Shown: positions 18,050-26,414, numbered from the stretch's first letter. The stretch: 64,000 nucleotides of DNA from an uncultured Pseudomonadota bacterium (GCA_963842155.1 CAWJFP010000039.1:18321-82320); one strand, 5' to 3'. Notes: generated from the letters alone by a model not told the origin. Program-made: numbers and translations.

Positions 18050-18589
18050 ATGTCGATTACCACGTCCTCGACCCTTATCGACGCGCTCCATAGCGCCGGC
18101 CCGGCCCCGGAGCGCGCGGAAAAGCTGGAGCTCTACGGCTGGCTCGTCGGGCGCTGGGAGATGGATGCCGCCTACCATCTGGCGGACGGCGCGACCCAGC
18201 GCAGCCGCGGCGAGATTCATGCCGGCTGGGTGCTCGACGGCCGCGCGATCCAGGACGTCTGGATCGTCCCGCCGCGCGGCGCGCAAGGCCGCAGGCCCCC
18301 GGCCGCGACCGATTTCTACGGCACCACCTTGCGCGTCTACGACCCCGCGATCGATGCTTGGCATATCTTCTGGATCGACCCGGTAAAGCAATCCTACAGG
18401 CGGATGATCGGCCGCGCGCGCGGCAAGGATATCTTGCAGGAGGGCAAGGACGAGGCGGGGGCCGCGGTGCGCTGGAGCTTCACCTCGATCGCGCCCAACT
18501 CCTTCCATTGGCTCGCCGAGCGCTCGCCCGACGATGGGGCGAGCTGGCGGCTCCTCGTCGAGTTCTTCGCGCGCCGCGTTTCCGCTTGA
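18050..18589 (+). CDS. Hypothetical protein
   Basis: 179-aa ORF with protein-like composition and host-like codon bias. I could not assign a family from sequence alone. Confidence 0.5.
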   Translation: MSITTSSTLIDALHSAGPAPERAEKLELYGWLVGRWEMDAAYHLADGATQRSRGEIHAGWVLDGRAIQDVWIVPPRGAQGRRPPAATDFYGTTLRVYDPAIDAWHIFWIDPVKQSYRRMIGRARGKDILQEGKDEAGAAVRWSFTSIAPNSFHWLAERSPDDGASWRLLVEFFARRVSA

Positions 18590-18637
18590 CGCGAAAACGT
18601 TCTAGCTTCGCGACTTCACCACAAGGGAGCAGCAGCG

Positions 18638-19018
18638 ATGTTCGACCATGTCTCGATCGGCGTCCGCGATCTCGCCCGCACCAAGCGCTTCTATGACGCG
18701 GCGCTGAAGCCGCTCGGCTACAAATGCTTGAGGCAGCAGCCGGGCTTGCTCGGCTACGGGGCCGACGCCGTGGCGTTCTGGATCAGCCCCTCGGAGCATC
18801 CCGTTCCGCCCCACGACAAGTCGGGCCTGCATTTCTGCTTCGCCGGGCCGACGCGCGAGAGCGTCGACGCGTTCCACGCGGCGGCAATCCGCGCCGGCGG
18901 GCGCGACAACGGCGCGCCCGGCCTGCGTCCCGATTACAGCGCGGATTACTACGCCGCCTTCGTCGTCGATCCCGACGGCTACCGGCTCGAAGCCTATTGC
19001 GGCCGGCCCGCGCGCTGA
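18638..19018 (+). CDS. VOC (glyoxalase/bleomycin resistance/dioxygenase) family protein
   Basis: MFDHVSIGVRDLARTKRFYDAALKPLGY... is the typical VOC N-terminal beta-alpha-beta module. Confidence 0.85.
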   Translation: MFDHVSIGVRDLARTKRFYDAALKPLGYKCLRQQPGLLGYGADAVAFWISPSEHPVPPHDKSGLHFCFAGPTRESVDAFHAAAIRAGGRDNGAPGLRPDYSADYYAAFVVDPDGYRLEAYCGRPAR

Positions 19019-19049
19019 GCGGCGGCATGACCGCAAGAGAGAACCGCCC

Positions 19050-19463
19050 TCACGCCGCCACGATGACCATCCACGACAGGCCGAAGCGGTCGGCCACCAT
19101 GCCGAAGCACGGGGAGAAGAACGTCTTGCCCAACGGCATCTGCACCTTGCCGCCCTCGGCGAGCGCGGCGAAGAGCCGCTCGGCCTCGGCCTCCTTCGCC
19201 ACGGTGAGCGAGAGCGAGATGCCCTGGAAATTCGGCTTCCCCTGGCAGCGGCCGTCGGACGCCATCACGCGGCTCTCGCCGATGCGCAAGCTCGCATGCA
19301 TGATCTTCTCGCCGGCACCGGGCGGCATCATGCTCATCTCCTGCGGCTGGGGGTGATCCTTGAAGCGCAGCATCATCGTCACCTCGGCGCCGAGCGCCTT
19401 GCGGTAGAAATCGAGCGCCTCCTCGCAGCGGCCGTCGAAGGACAGATAGGGTTGGACTTGCAT
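19050..19463 (-). CDS. VOC family / PhnB-like protein
   Basis: MQVQPYLSFDGRCEEALDFYRKALGAEV...FFSPCFGMVADRFGLSWMV is the PhnB/YjdN-type signature. Confidence 0.85.
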   Translation of the reverse strand: MQVQPYLSFDGRCEEALDFYRKALGAEVTMMLRFKDHPQPQEMSMMPPGAGEKIMHASLRIGESRVMASDGRCQGKPNFQGISLSLTVAKEAEAERLFAALAEGGKVQMPLGKTFFSPCFGMVADRFGLSWMVIVAA

Positions 19464-19505
19464 CTCTACTCCTCCGGTTTTGGAGCTATCGCCAGCGGGG
19501 GCGCC

Positions 19506-20732
19506 TCAATCATCGATCGCCTGATAGACCGAGGTCCAGAAATCGCGACAGACGGGCGGCGGGCTGGGCGAGGTCCAGGCGCGCTGCGTCATCAGGATGC
19601 CGACCAGCTCCTCCCTCGGATCGACGTACCATGACGTGCCCAAGCCGCCGTCCCAGCCGAAGCGTCCGACGGAGCCGGCCAGCGTCTCGCGCCTTGTGGC
19701 GACCGAGAGCCCGAAGCCCCAGCCATGGCTCTCGAAATAGCCGGGGACGATGGCGCTGACCGCCTTCTGCGCCGGCGTGAGCTGGTCGGTCGCCATCAGC
19801 TCGACCGTGGGGCGCGACAGGATGCGCGTGCCGCCATGCTTGCCCTTGTTCAGCATCATCTCGCCGAAGGCCATGTAATCGTCGATGGTGGAAACCAGCC
19901 CCCCGCCGCCGGAGGGGAAGGCAGGCGGGCGGCTCCATTGGCCGCCCACGGGCTCATCATAAAGCTCGAGCGCGCCGGTCTCGAAATTGGTCCAATAGCT
20001 CGTCGCGAGCCGGTCGAGCTTCTCCGCCGGCACGGCGAAGCCCGTATCCTTCATGCCGAGGGGCTCGAAGAGCCGTTCGCGCAGGAATGTCTCGAAAGGC
20101 TGGTCTGCCGCGCGCGCGATCAGCACGCCGAGCAGGTCCGAGCCGGTGTTGTAGAGCCATTTCTCGCCCGGCTGATGCATGAGCGGCAGGGTCCCGAAGC
20201 GGCGGAGCCATTCGTCGGGCGCGGGCGGAACTTGCGGGCGCGGCGGCCCCTGGCCGAGCTCGAGCGCGCTCGCGGCCTTGAGGATCGGCATGCTGTCCGG
20301 CGGCGCCATGAGCATGCCGAAGCCCATGCGGAAGGTGAGCAAATCGCGCAGGCTGATCGGCCGCGACGCGGGCACCGTATCCTCGAGCGGCCCGTCGAGC
20401 CGCTTCAGCACCTTGCGGCCGGCGAGCTCGGGCAGCAGGCGATCGACCGGCTCGTCGAGGCGCAGCTTGCATTCCTCGACCAGGATCATCGCCGCCGCGG
20501 CGGTGACCGGCTTGGTCATCGAGGTGATGCGGAAGATGGTGTCGCGCTGCATCGGGTCGCGCAGCATCGTGGTGCCGCCGGCGGCGGTCTTCATGCCGAA
20601 CGCATCGCCATGGAACTCGCCGCGCCGGCTCACCGCCGTGACGATGCCGGGCACCTCGCCGCGCTCGACATAGCCCGCCATGATCTCGCGCATCCGCGCG
20701 AGGCGGGGTTTGGAGAAGCCGGAGGTGGTCAT
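19506..20732 (-). CDS. Serine hydrolase, beta-lactamase (class C/esterase) family
   Basis: 408 aa with SxxK motif (ITSMTKPVT) and the conserved layout of AmpC-like esterases/transpeptidases. Confidence 0.9.
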   Translation of the reverse strand: MTTSGFSKPRLARMREIMAGYVERGEVPGIVTAVSRRGEFHGDAFGMKTAAGGTTMLRDPMQRDTIFRITSMTKPVTAAAAMILVEECKLRLDEPVDRLLPELAGRKVLKRLDGPLEDTVPASRPISLRDLLTFRMGFGMLMAPPDSMPILKAASALELGQGPPRPQVPPAPDEWLRRFGTLPLMHQPGEKWLYNTGSDLLGVLIARAADQPFETFLRERLFEPLGMKDTGFAVPAEKLDRLATSYWTNFETGALELYDEPVGGQWSRPPAFPSGGGGLVSTIDDYMAFGEMMLNKGKHGGTRILSRPTVELMATDQLTPAQKAVSAIVPGYFESHGWGFGLSVATRRETLAGSVGRFGWDGGLGTSWYVDPREELVGILMTQRAWTSPSPPPVCRDFWTSVYQAIDD

Positions 20733-20990
20733 GGAGTGCTGATTCCGTGCCGTTTCATACGAATGTAATCATCGCTTAATATCCCGAACTTCAATTTCGG
20801 AACATCCCCCATCTCATGTCCCGGCGTAGGCCGGGACCCAATTCTAGCATGGATACCGGCTTCCGCCGGTATGGCGAGGAGGAGACCTGGCGATGGTGGC
20901 CGAACGAAGCTCCGATCCACCACTTTAGCAGCAAGCAGATTACGCTGAGCGGCTCCGCTCGACGGGCTTGTCCTCATATTCGTCATGGCG
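20491..20990. repeat. Source copy of a ~0.4-0.5 kb segmental duplication
   Basis: 5' end of the serine hydrolase gene, the intergenic REP hairpins and the 3' end of the DUF899 gene. It is repeated, with three small deletions, at 22303..22710. Confidence 0.85.
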
Positions 20991-21686
20991 CCGCACCCAA
21001 TCGCCCAGATTATGGTTGGGCCCGGTCTCGTTGCGCCCCTTCGGGGTGAGGTCGAGAATCATATAGGTGCCGATCAGCTCCTCGTTACCGCGCGCGAAGC
21101 TCGAATAGGTATGGAAAATATCGCCGGCCTCGTCCTTATAGAACACGCTGAGGCCGGGCAACTCCTCCATCGCGCTGTCGATCATCTCGAAATTATAGAA
21201 CAACTTGCCCTTGGCGATCTCCTCGGGCTTGAAGGAGACGTGGAAATCGTAGTTGAAGTCGCTGCCGTGCGACGACACCCAATCGAAGCTCCAGCCCATG
21301 CGTTTGCGATAGGCTTCGATCTCGGCGAGCGGCGCGCGCGAGACCGCGACCACCGTGACGTCGTGATGTTCCAGATGGGTGAGCCCGCCGCCGATATGGT
21401 CGGCGCCGAAGGAGCAGCCGACGCAGCCCGCCTGCCAGCCAGGCCCGAGCATGAAATGATCGACGACCAGCTGGCTGCGGCCGTGGAAAAGCTCGGCGAG
21501 CGACTTTTTGCCGGCGAGGGTCTCGAAGACATAGGGCTTCTCGACCTTGATCCAAGGCAGCGCGCGCCGCTCGGCGCTCACCTTGTCGCGCTGCCTAGTC
21601 AGCTCCTTCTCCTGCGCCAGAAGCCGCCGGCGTGCGGTCAGCCATTCCTCGCGCGATACGATGGGGTGTTGCTGCATAGCCGGCAC
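20940..21686 (-). CDS. DUF899 thioredoxin-like family protein
   Basis: MQQHPIVSREEWLTARRRLLAQEKELTRQRDKVSAERRALPW... and a CxxC-like GCVGCS, as in DUF899. Confidence 0.85.
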   Translation of the reverse strand: MPAMQQHPIVSREEWLTARRRLLAQEKELTRQRDKVSAERRALPWIKVEKPYVFETLAGKKSLAELFHGRSQLVVDHFMLGPGWQAGCVGCSFGADHIGGGLTHLEHHDVTVVAVSRAPLAEIEAYRKRMGWSFDWVSSHGSDFNYDFHVSFKPEEIAKGKLFYNFEMIDSAMEELPGLSVFYKDEAGDIFHTYSSFARGNEELIGTYMILDLTPKGRNETGPNHNLGDWVRRHDEYEDKPVERSRSA

Positions 21687-21767
21687 TCCGTCATGGAAGG
21701 GGAGGGCGAAGGCACCGCGCCGCGCTTTCGCCTTGACAGATAGGTTGATATCAACATAATAGGGATC

Positions 21768-22214
21768 ATGTCAAGACGGAATGCGCCAAGCGCCGAAATC
21801 ACCCATCACGTTCGGGACGCCTGTCTCTGCCTCCATGTCCAGCGCGCGGCGCGCACGCTGGCGCGGCGCTTCGACGCGGCGCTGCGGCCGCTCGAGCTGA
21901 CCAGCGGCCAGTTCTCGCTGCTTGTCTCCCTCAATCGCCCGACGCCGGCGAGCATTGGCGAGGTCTCGGCCTTGCTCGCCATGGACCGGACGACCCTAAC
22001 CGCCAATCTCAAGCCGCTGGAACGTCGCGGGCTCCTCATTGTGACGGTCGACGAGCGTGACAAGCGCAGCCGGCGGCTCGGCCTGACCGCCGCCGGCCGT
22101 GCCTTGCTCGTCGCGGCCCTCCCGATCTGGAAGCGGAGCCACAGGGCGCTCGAGCGCCGCCTCTACCGCTCCAGCGTCGATCGCCTGCGGGACGATCTAC
22201 AGGCGCTGGGGTGA
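21768..22214 (+). CDS. MarR family transcriptional regulator
   Basis: 148 aa with a winged HTH (LTSGQFSLLVSLNR...IGEVSALLAMDRTTLTANLKPLERRGLL..DERDKRSRRL). Divergent from the DUF899 gene. Confidence 0.9.
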   Translation: MSRRNAPSAEITHHVRDACLCLHVQRAARTLARRFDAALRPLELTSGQFSLLVSLNRPTPASIGEVSALLAMDRTTLTANLKPLERRGLLIVTVDERDKRSRRLGLTAAGRALLVAALPIWKRSHRALERRLYRSSVDRLRDDLQALG

Positions 22215-22283
22215 GGGGCGGCGAATACGATCGCCAGCGCATTTTTATTCAAGCGGAAGCGCCGCTCCCCTCATTCTTCCCTC

Positions 22284-22517
22284 TCAGCCCATTCGGAGGC
22301 TTGACGCCGCGGCGGTGACGGGCTTGGTCATCGAGGAGATGCGGAAGATCGCGTCGCACTGCATCGGGTCGCGCAGCATCGTCGTGCCGCCGGCGGCCGT
22401 CTTCATGCCGAACGCATCGCCATGGAACTCGCCGCGCCGGCTCACCACCGTGACGATGCCGGGCACCTCGCCGCGCTCGACATAGCCGGACATGATCTCG
22501 CGTATCCGCGCGGTCAT
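22284..22517 (-). pseudogene. N-terminal fragment of a serine hydrolase (duplicate of 19506..20732)
   Basis: MTARIREIMSGYVERGEVPGIVTVVSRRGEFHGDAFGMKTAAGGTTMLRDPMQCDAIFRISSMTKPVTAAA copies residues ~10-85 of the full gene and then ends. Confidence 0.85.
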
Positions 22518-22710
22518 GGAGCGCTGACTCCGTGCCGTTTCATACGAGCATGATCATCGCTTAATATCCCGAACTTTAATTTCGGAACATCCCCCATCTA
22601 TATCCCGGCGAAGGCCGGGTCTATTTCTAGCATGGATACCGGCTTCCGCCGTCATGTACGACTTTAGCAGCAAGCGACGGTTTATCCTTATATTCATCAT
22701 GGCGCCTTGT
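22303..22710. repeat. Truncated second copy of the 20491..20990 segment
   Basis: Same order of parts as the source copy, including a stub of the DUF899 C-terminus (RRHDEYKDKP versus RRHDEYEDKP). Homology stops abruptly at about 22710, where GC drops. Confidence 0.8.
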
Positions 22711-22930
22711 TGACCTCAAGCGCGTCTTGCATTGGCGCGTTTGCGATCGGCGCTGCGGGCATATCGGCCTACCTGTGCGCAACGCGCCGCGGTAGCAGAA
22801 GGGCGGACCCTTGCGAGCCCGCCCCCATCGACCTGTAGGATATTTCATTTACATCGGCTGCATCATTTCGGCCGACGCTCTAGCATAGAACGGCACCAGG
22901 CGCAGAGCAAGCCCCGGCGATGACCTGCGT

Positions 22931-23260
22931 TTAGGGCGCTCTGCGCTTCGTCTCACGCGTCAGCTTGGACGACACCTTCACGGGTCGCGAGTTCCCAAGG
23001 TAGAATTGCCGCAGGCGGCTCGACTTATAGTCGAGCCGTGACGGAACGGTCCCAGTGCGCTCAAACTCTTGGCGCGCTTCCATATGGCCCCGTTTGAAAC
23101 CACGACGATACATTTTCTCGGAAAGGTCAGCGAGGGCCTGTTCCGATACTCGACGAAGGCCGCGGGTCGGAATTTTCTGACGGCGGCCGGTGGTGTTTTG
23201 CGTGCGCCTGATTGTCTTCTTGAGCGATGCGGAAGCGCCCGCGGCGAAAGCTTTCTTCAT
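22931..23260 (-). CDS. Basic hypothetical protein (low-GC islet)
   Basis: ORF 22931..23308. ATG 23260 (MKKAFAAG...) has GGAGAAG 5 nt upstream. Lys/Arg-rich, no recognisable family. Confidence 0.45.
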   Translation of the reverse strand: MKKAFAAGASASLKKTIRRTQNTTGRRQKIPTRGLRRVSEQALADLSEKMYRRGFKRGHMEARQEFERTGTVPSRLDYKSSRLRQFYLGNSRPVKVSSKLTRETKRRAP

Positions 23261-23402
23261 GGTCTTCTCCATATGAAATTGGGGTGAAAACTCGTTCTCG
23301 ATGAACACGGCACGATAGCGCGCGCAGCACGCTGCTGCAACCGTAGGGGCTCGCGTCTCGCTAAGGCACGATCTCCTGGGAACGCACTATAATTAACTTT
23401 AC

Positions 23403-23419
23403 ATCGTTCTTAGAACGAT
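23403..23419. promoter_or_regulatory. Perfect 8-1-8 palindrome in a divergent promoter region
   Basis: ATCGTTCT-T-AGAACGAT lies between tataat-like (cactataatt) and tatact hexamers, about 35 nt upstream of ATG 23454. It looks like an operator. Confidence 0.45.
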
Positions 23420-23453
23420 ATACTAAGGACTTTCGATTGAACGGAGGCAGCCA

Positions 23454-23765
23454 ATGATCGTCAAATATATCGGGCTCACGGCGGAAACCAGTGCGCTGAT
23501 AGAGCGCTTCCGCACTAATCCGGCGCAAGCAGAAGACGAGATAATTAGCGTTATATTTCAACTACTTATCAGCGACCAAAGATCGGCTGGGCAAGCAGGC
23601 GCGAACCTGGGGGCGCAACAAGGCTGCGACCTCGGAAAGGGCGTTGTTTTAGATGAAGGGGAAGCAATGTTTTGCTATCGTTTCAGGCATTCCTTCAAAG
23701 CTCGGAAGCCGGAGGAGTCGCAACTGCAAGGGGGGGCGGCCTCTATATCGACGGACAAAGGGTAG
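23454..23765 (+). CDS. Hypothetical protein, probable 5' part of a gene split at a G7 tract
   Basis: RBS ggagg 7 nt upstream. The frame ends 30 nt after the G7 run at 23730..23736. Confidence 0.45.
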   Translation: MIVKYIGLTAETSALIERFRTNPAQAEDEIISVIFQLLISDQRSAGQAGANLGAQQGCDLGKGVVLDEGEAMFCYRFRHSFKARKPEESQLQGGAASISTDKG

Positions 23766-23998
23766 AGCGGTCGAAAGGTAGTTTTGTTCAACCGGCCCTT
23801 CAGATTGTCCAACGGAAAATCAATGATATCAGCCCCACCAATGGCGGATTTACGTCACTGGACGCCTGGAAATACTGGTACGTTTCGCGCGACCAAAAGC
23901 TAATTCGCGTCGGTGATCTTCGGACCAAAGACCAGATCGTCCACAGGCGTAAAGCTGCGCTATTGAGTGATCGCACCGCGGATGACCTCGGCCTCTAG
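23672..23998 (+). CDS. Hypothetical protein, probable 3' part of the same split gene
   Basis: This frame is open across the G7 tract. With one extra G, 23454..23998 becomes a single ~181-codon ORF (...SQLQGGGGLYIDGQRVERSKG...). Confidence 0.45.
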   Translation: MLSFQAFLQSSEAGGVATARGGGLYIDGQRVERSKGSFVQPALQIVQRKINDISPTNGGFTSLDAWKYWYVSRDQKLIRVGDLRTKDQIVHRRKAALLSDRTADDLGL

Positions 23999-24020
23999 TG
24001 CCCTAATTGGTAGGCCGGCT

Positions 24021-24386
24021 ATGGACTTAGTCAAGTACGCGAAAAGCATCCTCGCGCGCCGTTCAGAGGCGGTCACGCTCAAGCGCGCTACCGCGAGTAT
24101 CGGAGATTGGAAGCCGCAAGCACACCGCTGCCACGAAAACGTCCGGGCGTGGGTCCAGCGCAATCCGCACCATAAGCAAGTGTTCGGATATGTACTTTTC
24201 AACTTTGGCATACTCGGCCAGCGAGTGATGGCTCACTCCGCTGTCGAGGACGAAAACGGGATTCTCCACGATATCACGCCGCACGGCGCGTCAGGCGATT
24301 ACCCTTTCGTCCGGCATGTCGGCTCGAAGGATGAATTTGCGCAGATGGCCGTCGCTATTCAGGTTGACGTTCTGCTAGAGGATTAG
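24021..24386 (+). CDS. Hypothetical protein (low-GC islet)
   Basis: ATG 24021 (MDLVKYAKSIL...) within ORF 23967..24386. No family recognised. Confidence 0.45.
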   Translation: MDLVKYAKSILARRSEAVTLKRATASIGDWKPQAHRCHENVRAWVQRNPHHKQVFGYVLFNFGILGQRVMAHSAVEDENGILHDITPHGASGDYPFVRHVGSKDEFAQMAVAIQVDVLLED

Positions 24387-24420
24387 GCGTGCTCGGGTAG
24401 AGTTCGCCTTCGGAACCGCC

Positions 24421-24879
24421 ATGTCCACAACCTTCCTCTACGTCACCTACATCCGGACGACGCCGGAGCAGCTCTGGCAAGCGCTGACGGAGCCCGCCTT
24501 GACGCGGCGTTATTGGTTCGGCTGCTGGCAGGAATCGAATTGGAAGATCGGCTCGCCCTGGCGGCTCATGATGCCGGACGGGCGCCTGGCCGACAGCGGC
24601 CTGATATTCGAGCCCGACCGGCCGCGGCGCCTGGTCATATCCTGGCACAACGAGTTCCATGATTGGGCGCGCGATCTCGGCTTCACGCGCGCGAGCTACA
24701 CCCTGGAGCCCACCGGCGCGGTCGTCAAGCTCACCCTCACCCATGAAGTGCCCGCGGACGGCGCCAAACTGCTCGAGGCCTTGTCGCAGGGCTGGCCGCT
24801 TATTCTCTCGAGCTTGAAGAGCCTGTTGGAGACGGGCGAGGCGCTGCCCGGCACCGATCGTCTGCCGCCCGGGAGCTGA
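24421..24879 (+). CDS. SRPBCC / Aha1-domain family protein
   Basis: MSTTFLYVTYIRTTPEQLWQALTEPALTRRYWFG... is the typical Aha1/BPI-like START-fold signature. Confidence 0.8.
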   Translation: MSTTFLYVTYIRTTPEQLWQALTEPALTRRYWFGCWQESNWKIGSPWRLMMPDGRLADSGLIFEPDRPRRLVISWHNEFHDWARDLGFTRASYTLEPTGAVVKLTLTHEVPADGAKLLEALSQGWPLILSSLKSLLETGEALPGTDRLPPGS

Positions 24880-24889
24880 GCGTCGCGCG

Positions 24890-25045
24890 CTTGTCCGGAT
24901 TATTTTCGCTTCAGGTGAACCGCAAGCCCCCTCACCCTCCCCTCTCCCCCAATGGGGGAGAGGGTTGAGTAGGGTTGGCGAAGCGAGAGCCGAGCCTTAC
25001 CCGGAGCTGGGTGAGGGGCGCATGCTTATACCTAATCGGACCGCT
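24890..25045. repeat. MITE/REP-like palindromic element, copy 1
   Basis: ccccctcaccctcccctctcccccaatgggggagagggttgagtagggttggcgaagcgagagccgagccttacccggagctgggtgagggg. An inverted, ~85-90% similar copy lies at 36641..36785. Confidence 0.8.
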
Positions 25046-25065
25046 CTAACGTGACGCGAGCGGGC

Positions 25066-25461
25066 TTACAGCAGCTCGAATCCGGGAAGCCGGCGCGCCC
25101 TCCGGTCGAAGGTCACAATGCGGGAACAGCCCGCCTTGGCGGCCAACGCCCCGATGAGGGCATCGGCGAAGGAGCCTCGGCCGTCCTTGAACGCGATCAT
25201 GGCGGTAAAGACTTCCTGCTCGTTTTCGACCAGGAGAACGTCGGCCTGGAGCATGCGTTCGATGGCCGCGGCGATGCCGTCGTCGGAGAGGCCGTAAGCG
25301 CGCTCGAGCACCCATACGGTCTCGACCATCGCCACGACACTGACGAAGCCGGGATCGTCCTCGGAGACTCGCCGCTCGATGAGCGCCGTCGCCTTGGGCG
25401 ATTGAACCGGATCGTCTTGGGCGAGGTAGCGGACGAGGATGTTGGTATCGAGTCCGATCAT
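25066..25461 (-). CDS. vapC: Type II toxin VapC (PIN domain)
   Basis: MIGLDTNILVRYL...FADALIG...IVTFD shows the PIN acidic residues. There is a 4-nt overlap with the upstream antitoxin gene. Confidence 0.9.
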   Translation of the reverse strand: MIGLDTNILVRYLAQDDPVQSPKATALIERRVSEDDPGFVSVVAMVETVWVLERAYGLSDDGIAAAIERMLQADVLLVENEQEVFTAMIAFKDGRGSFADALIGALAAKAGCSRIVTFDRRARRLPGFELL

Positions 25462-25712
25462 CGCCGCTTGCGGCGCGAGACGCCGGCGGCGGCGGCGGCA
25501 GCGATGGCCGCGCTCATCTCCTCGATCGTGACGGGCCGCCGCCGCGCGCCCGCCATGCCGCGCAAGGCCGCGGCGGGAAGCTTCGGCAAGAGAACCACGC
25601 TGCCATCGGGATGCAGGAAGAACTTGACCCGATCGCCCGGCTTCAAGCGAAGATGCTCGCGGATGGCTTTCGGAATCGTCGCCTGGCCCTTCGAGGTGAT
25701 CGCGGATTCCAT
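25458..25712 (-). CDS. vapB: Type II antitoxin, AbrB/MazE/SpoVT family (VapB)
   Basis: MESAITSKGQATIPKAIREHLRLKPGDRVKF. ATG 25712 has GGAGG 5 nt upstream. The ORF extends to 25754. Confidence 0.85.
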   Translation of the reverse strand: MESAITSKGQATIPKAIREHLRLKPGDRVKFFLHPDGSVVLLPKLPAAALRGMAGARRRPVTIEEMSAAIAAAAAAGVSRRKRR

Positions 25713-25903
25713 GCGGGCCTCCATTACATTCCCGGAAATGTAATACCGCTGCACTCGTCGCGCGTCAAGCCGGATGCGGCAGACAGCTTTCGCCCTGGCA
25801 GAAGCCGATCCCTTCGGCCTTTATCATTATATTGCCCAGGAAGCGGGCCATGACGTCGCAGGCGCGCCGCGCGCTTAAACGCCAGCGATGACAGATGTCT
25901 CGC

Positions 25904-26116
25904 TCAGAGATCGTCGGGCCGAAGGCCAGTGTGCTTTGCGATGCGCGCAAGCATCGCCGGTCCCAGCTCATCGCCACCATGAAAGGCGAACACGTAGTCG
26001 GGCCAGCCTTGGCGCGCGAGCACGCGGTGCGAACCACGTTGCCGCTTCACCGTCCATCCGACGCGCTGAAGAGCCCGCAACACGCGGGCCGCCTTCGCGG
26101 CCGGCCACGCGCTCAC
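25904..26116 (-). CDS. hicA: Type II toxin HicA (mRNA interferase)
   Basis: GTG 26116 overlaps the hicB stop as GTGA. VSAWPAAKAARVLRALQRVGWTVKRQRGSHRVLARQGWPDYVFAFHGGDELGPAMLARI has the YcfA/HicA fold signature. In the track it is hidden inside ORF 25904..26476. Confidence 0.8.
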   Translation of the reverse strand: MSAWPAAKAARVLRALQRVGWTVKRQRGSHRVLARQGWPDYVFAFHGGDELGPAMLARIAKHTGLRPDDL

Positions 26117-26313
26117 GCGGCGAAAAGATCCCGGGCTTCGTTGGGCACCGGCTCGCCATGCTCGATGCGATCGGCGATGACGCGAAGGGCCAGCGCGGTG
26201 ACGTTCATCCGCGCTTCGGCTTCGCTCTTGCCGTAAGCGAGTACGCCGGGAAGCGCCGGCACCTCGCCGATCCAGCGGCCATCCTCCTCGCGTGCGATCT
26301 CGATTTTGAGCAT
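26113..26313 (-). CDS. hicB: Type II antitoxin HicB family
   Basis: MLKIEIAREEDGRWIGEVPALPGVLAYGKSEAEARMNVTALA is the HicB N-terminal (UPF0150-like) domain. Confidence 0.8.
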   Translation of the reverse strand: MLKIEIAREEDGRWIGEVPALPGVLAYGKSEAEARMNVTALALRVIADRIEHGEPVPNEARDLFAA

Positions 26314-26338
26314 GCCAATTCTGCCTCAAACCGCGAAT

Positions 26339-26414
26339 TGGCGTCCCCAAGGGGAGTCGAACCCCTGTTTCCGGCGTGAGAGGCCAGCGTCCTGGGCCAC
26401 TAGACGATGGGGAC
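26339..26414 (-). tRNA. tRNA-Glu (anticodon CUC)
   Basis: The reverse complement GTCCCCATCGTCTAGTGGCCCAGGACGCTGGCCTCTCACGCCGGAAACAGGGGTTCGACTCCCCTTGGGGACGCCA folds as a cloverleaf. It has a 7-bp acceptor stem, an anticodon loop CT-CTC-AC, a TPsiC arm AGGGG/CCCCT, and an encoded CCA. Confidence 0.95.

Noticed and set aside
22284-26338. Complete integrative island at tRNA-Glu with integrase and att repeats
   Set aside because: There is no integrase or recombinase gene, and no direct repeat of the tRNA 3' end is detectable in the window. I report only that the region may be a decayed remnant.
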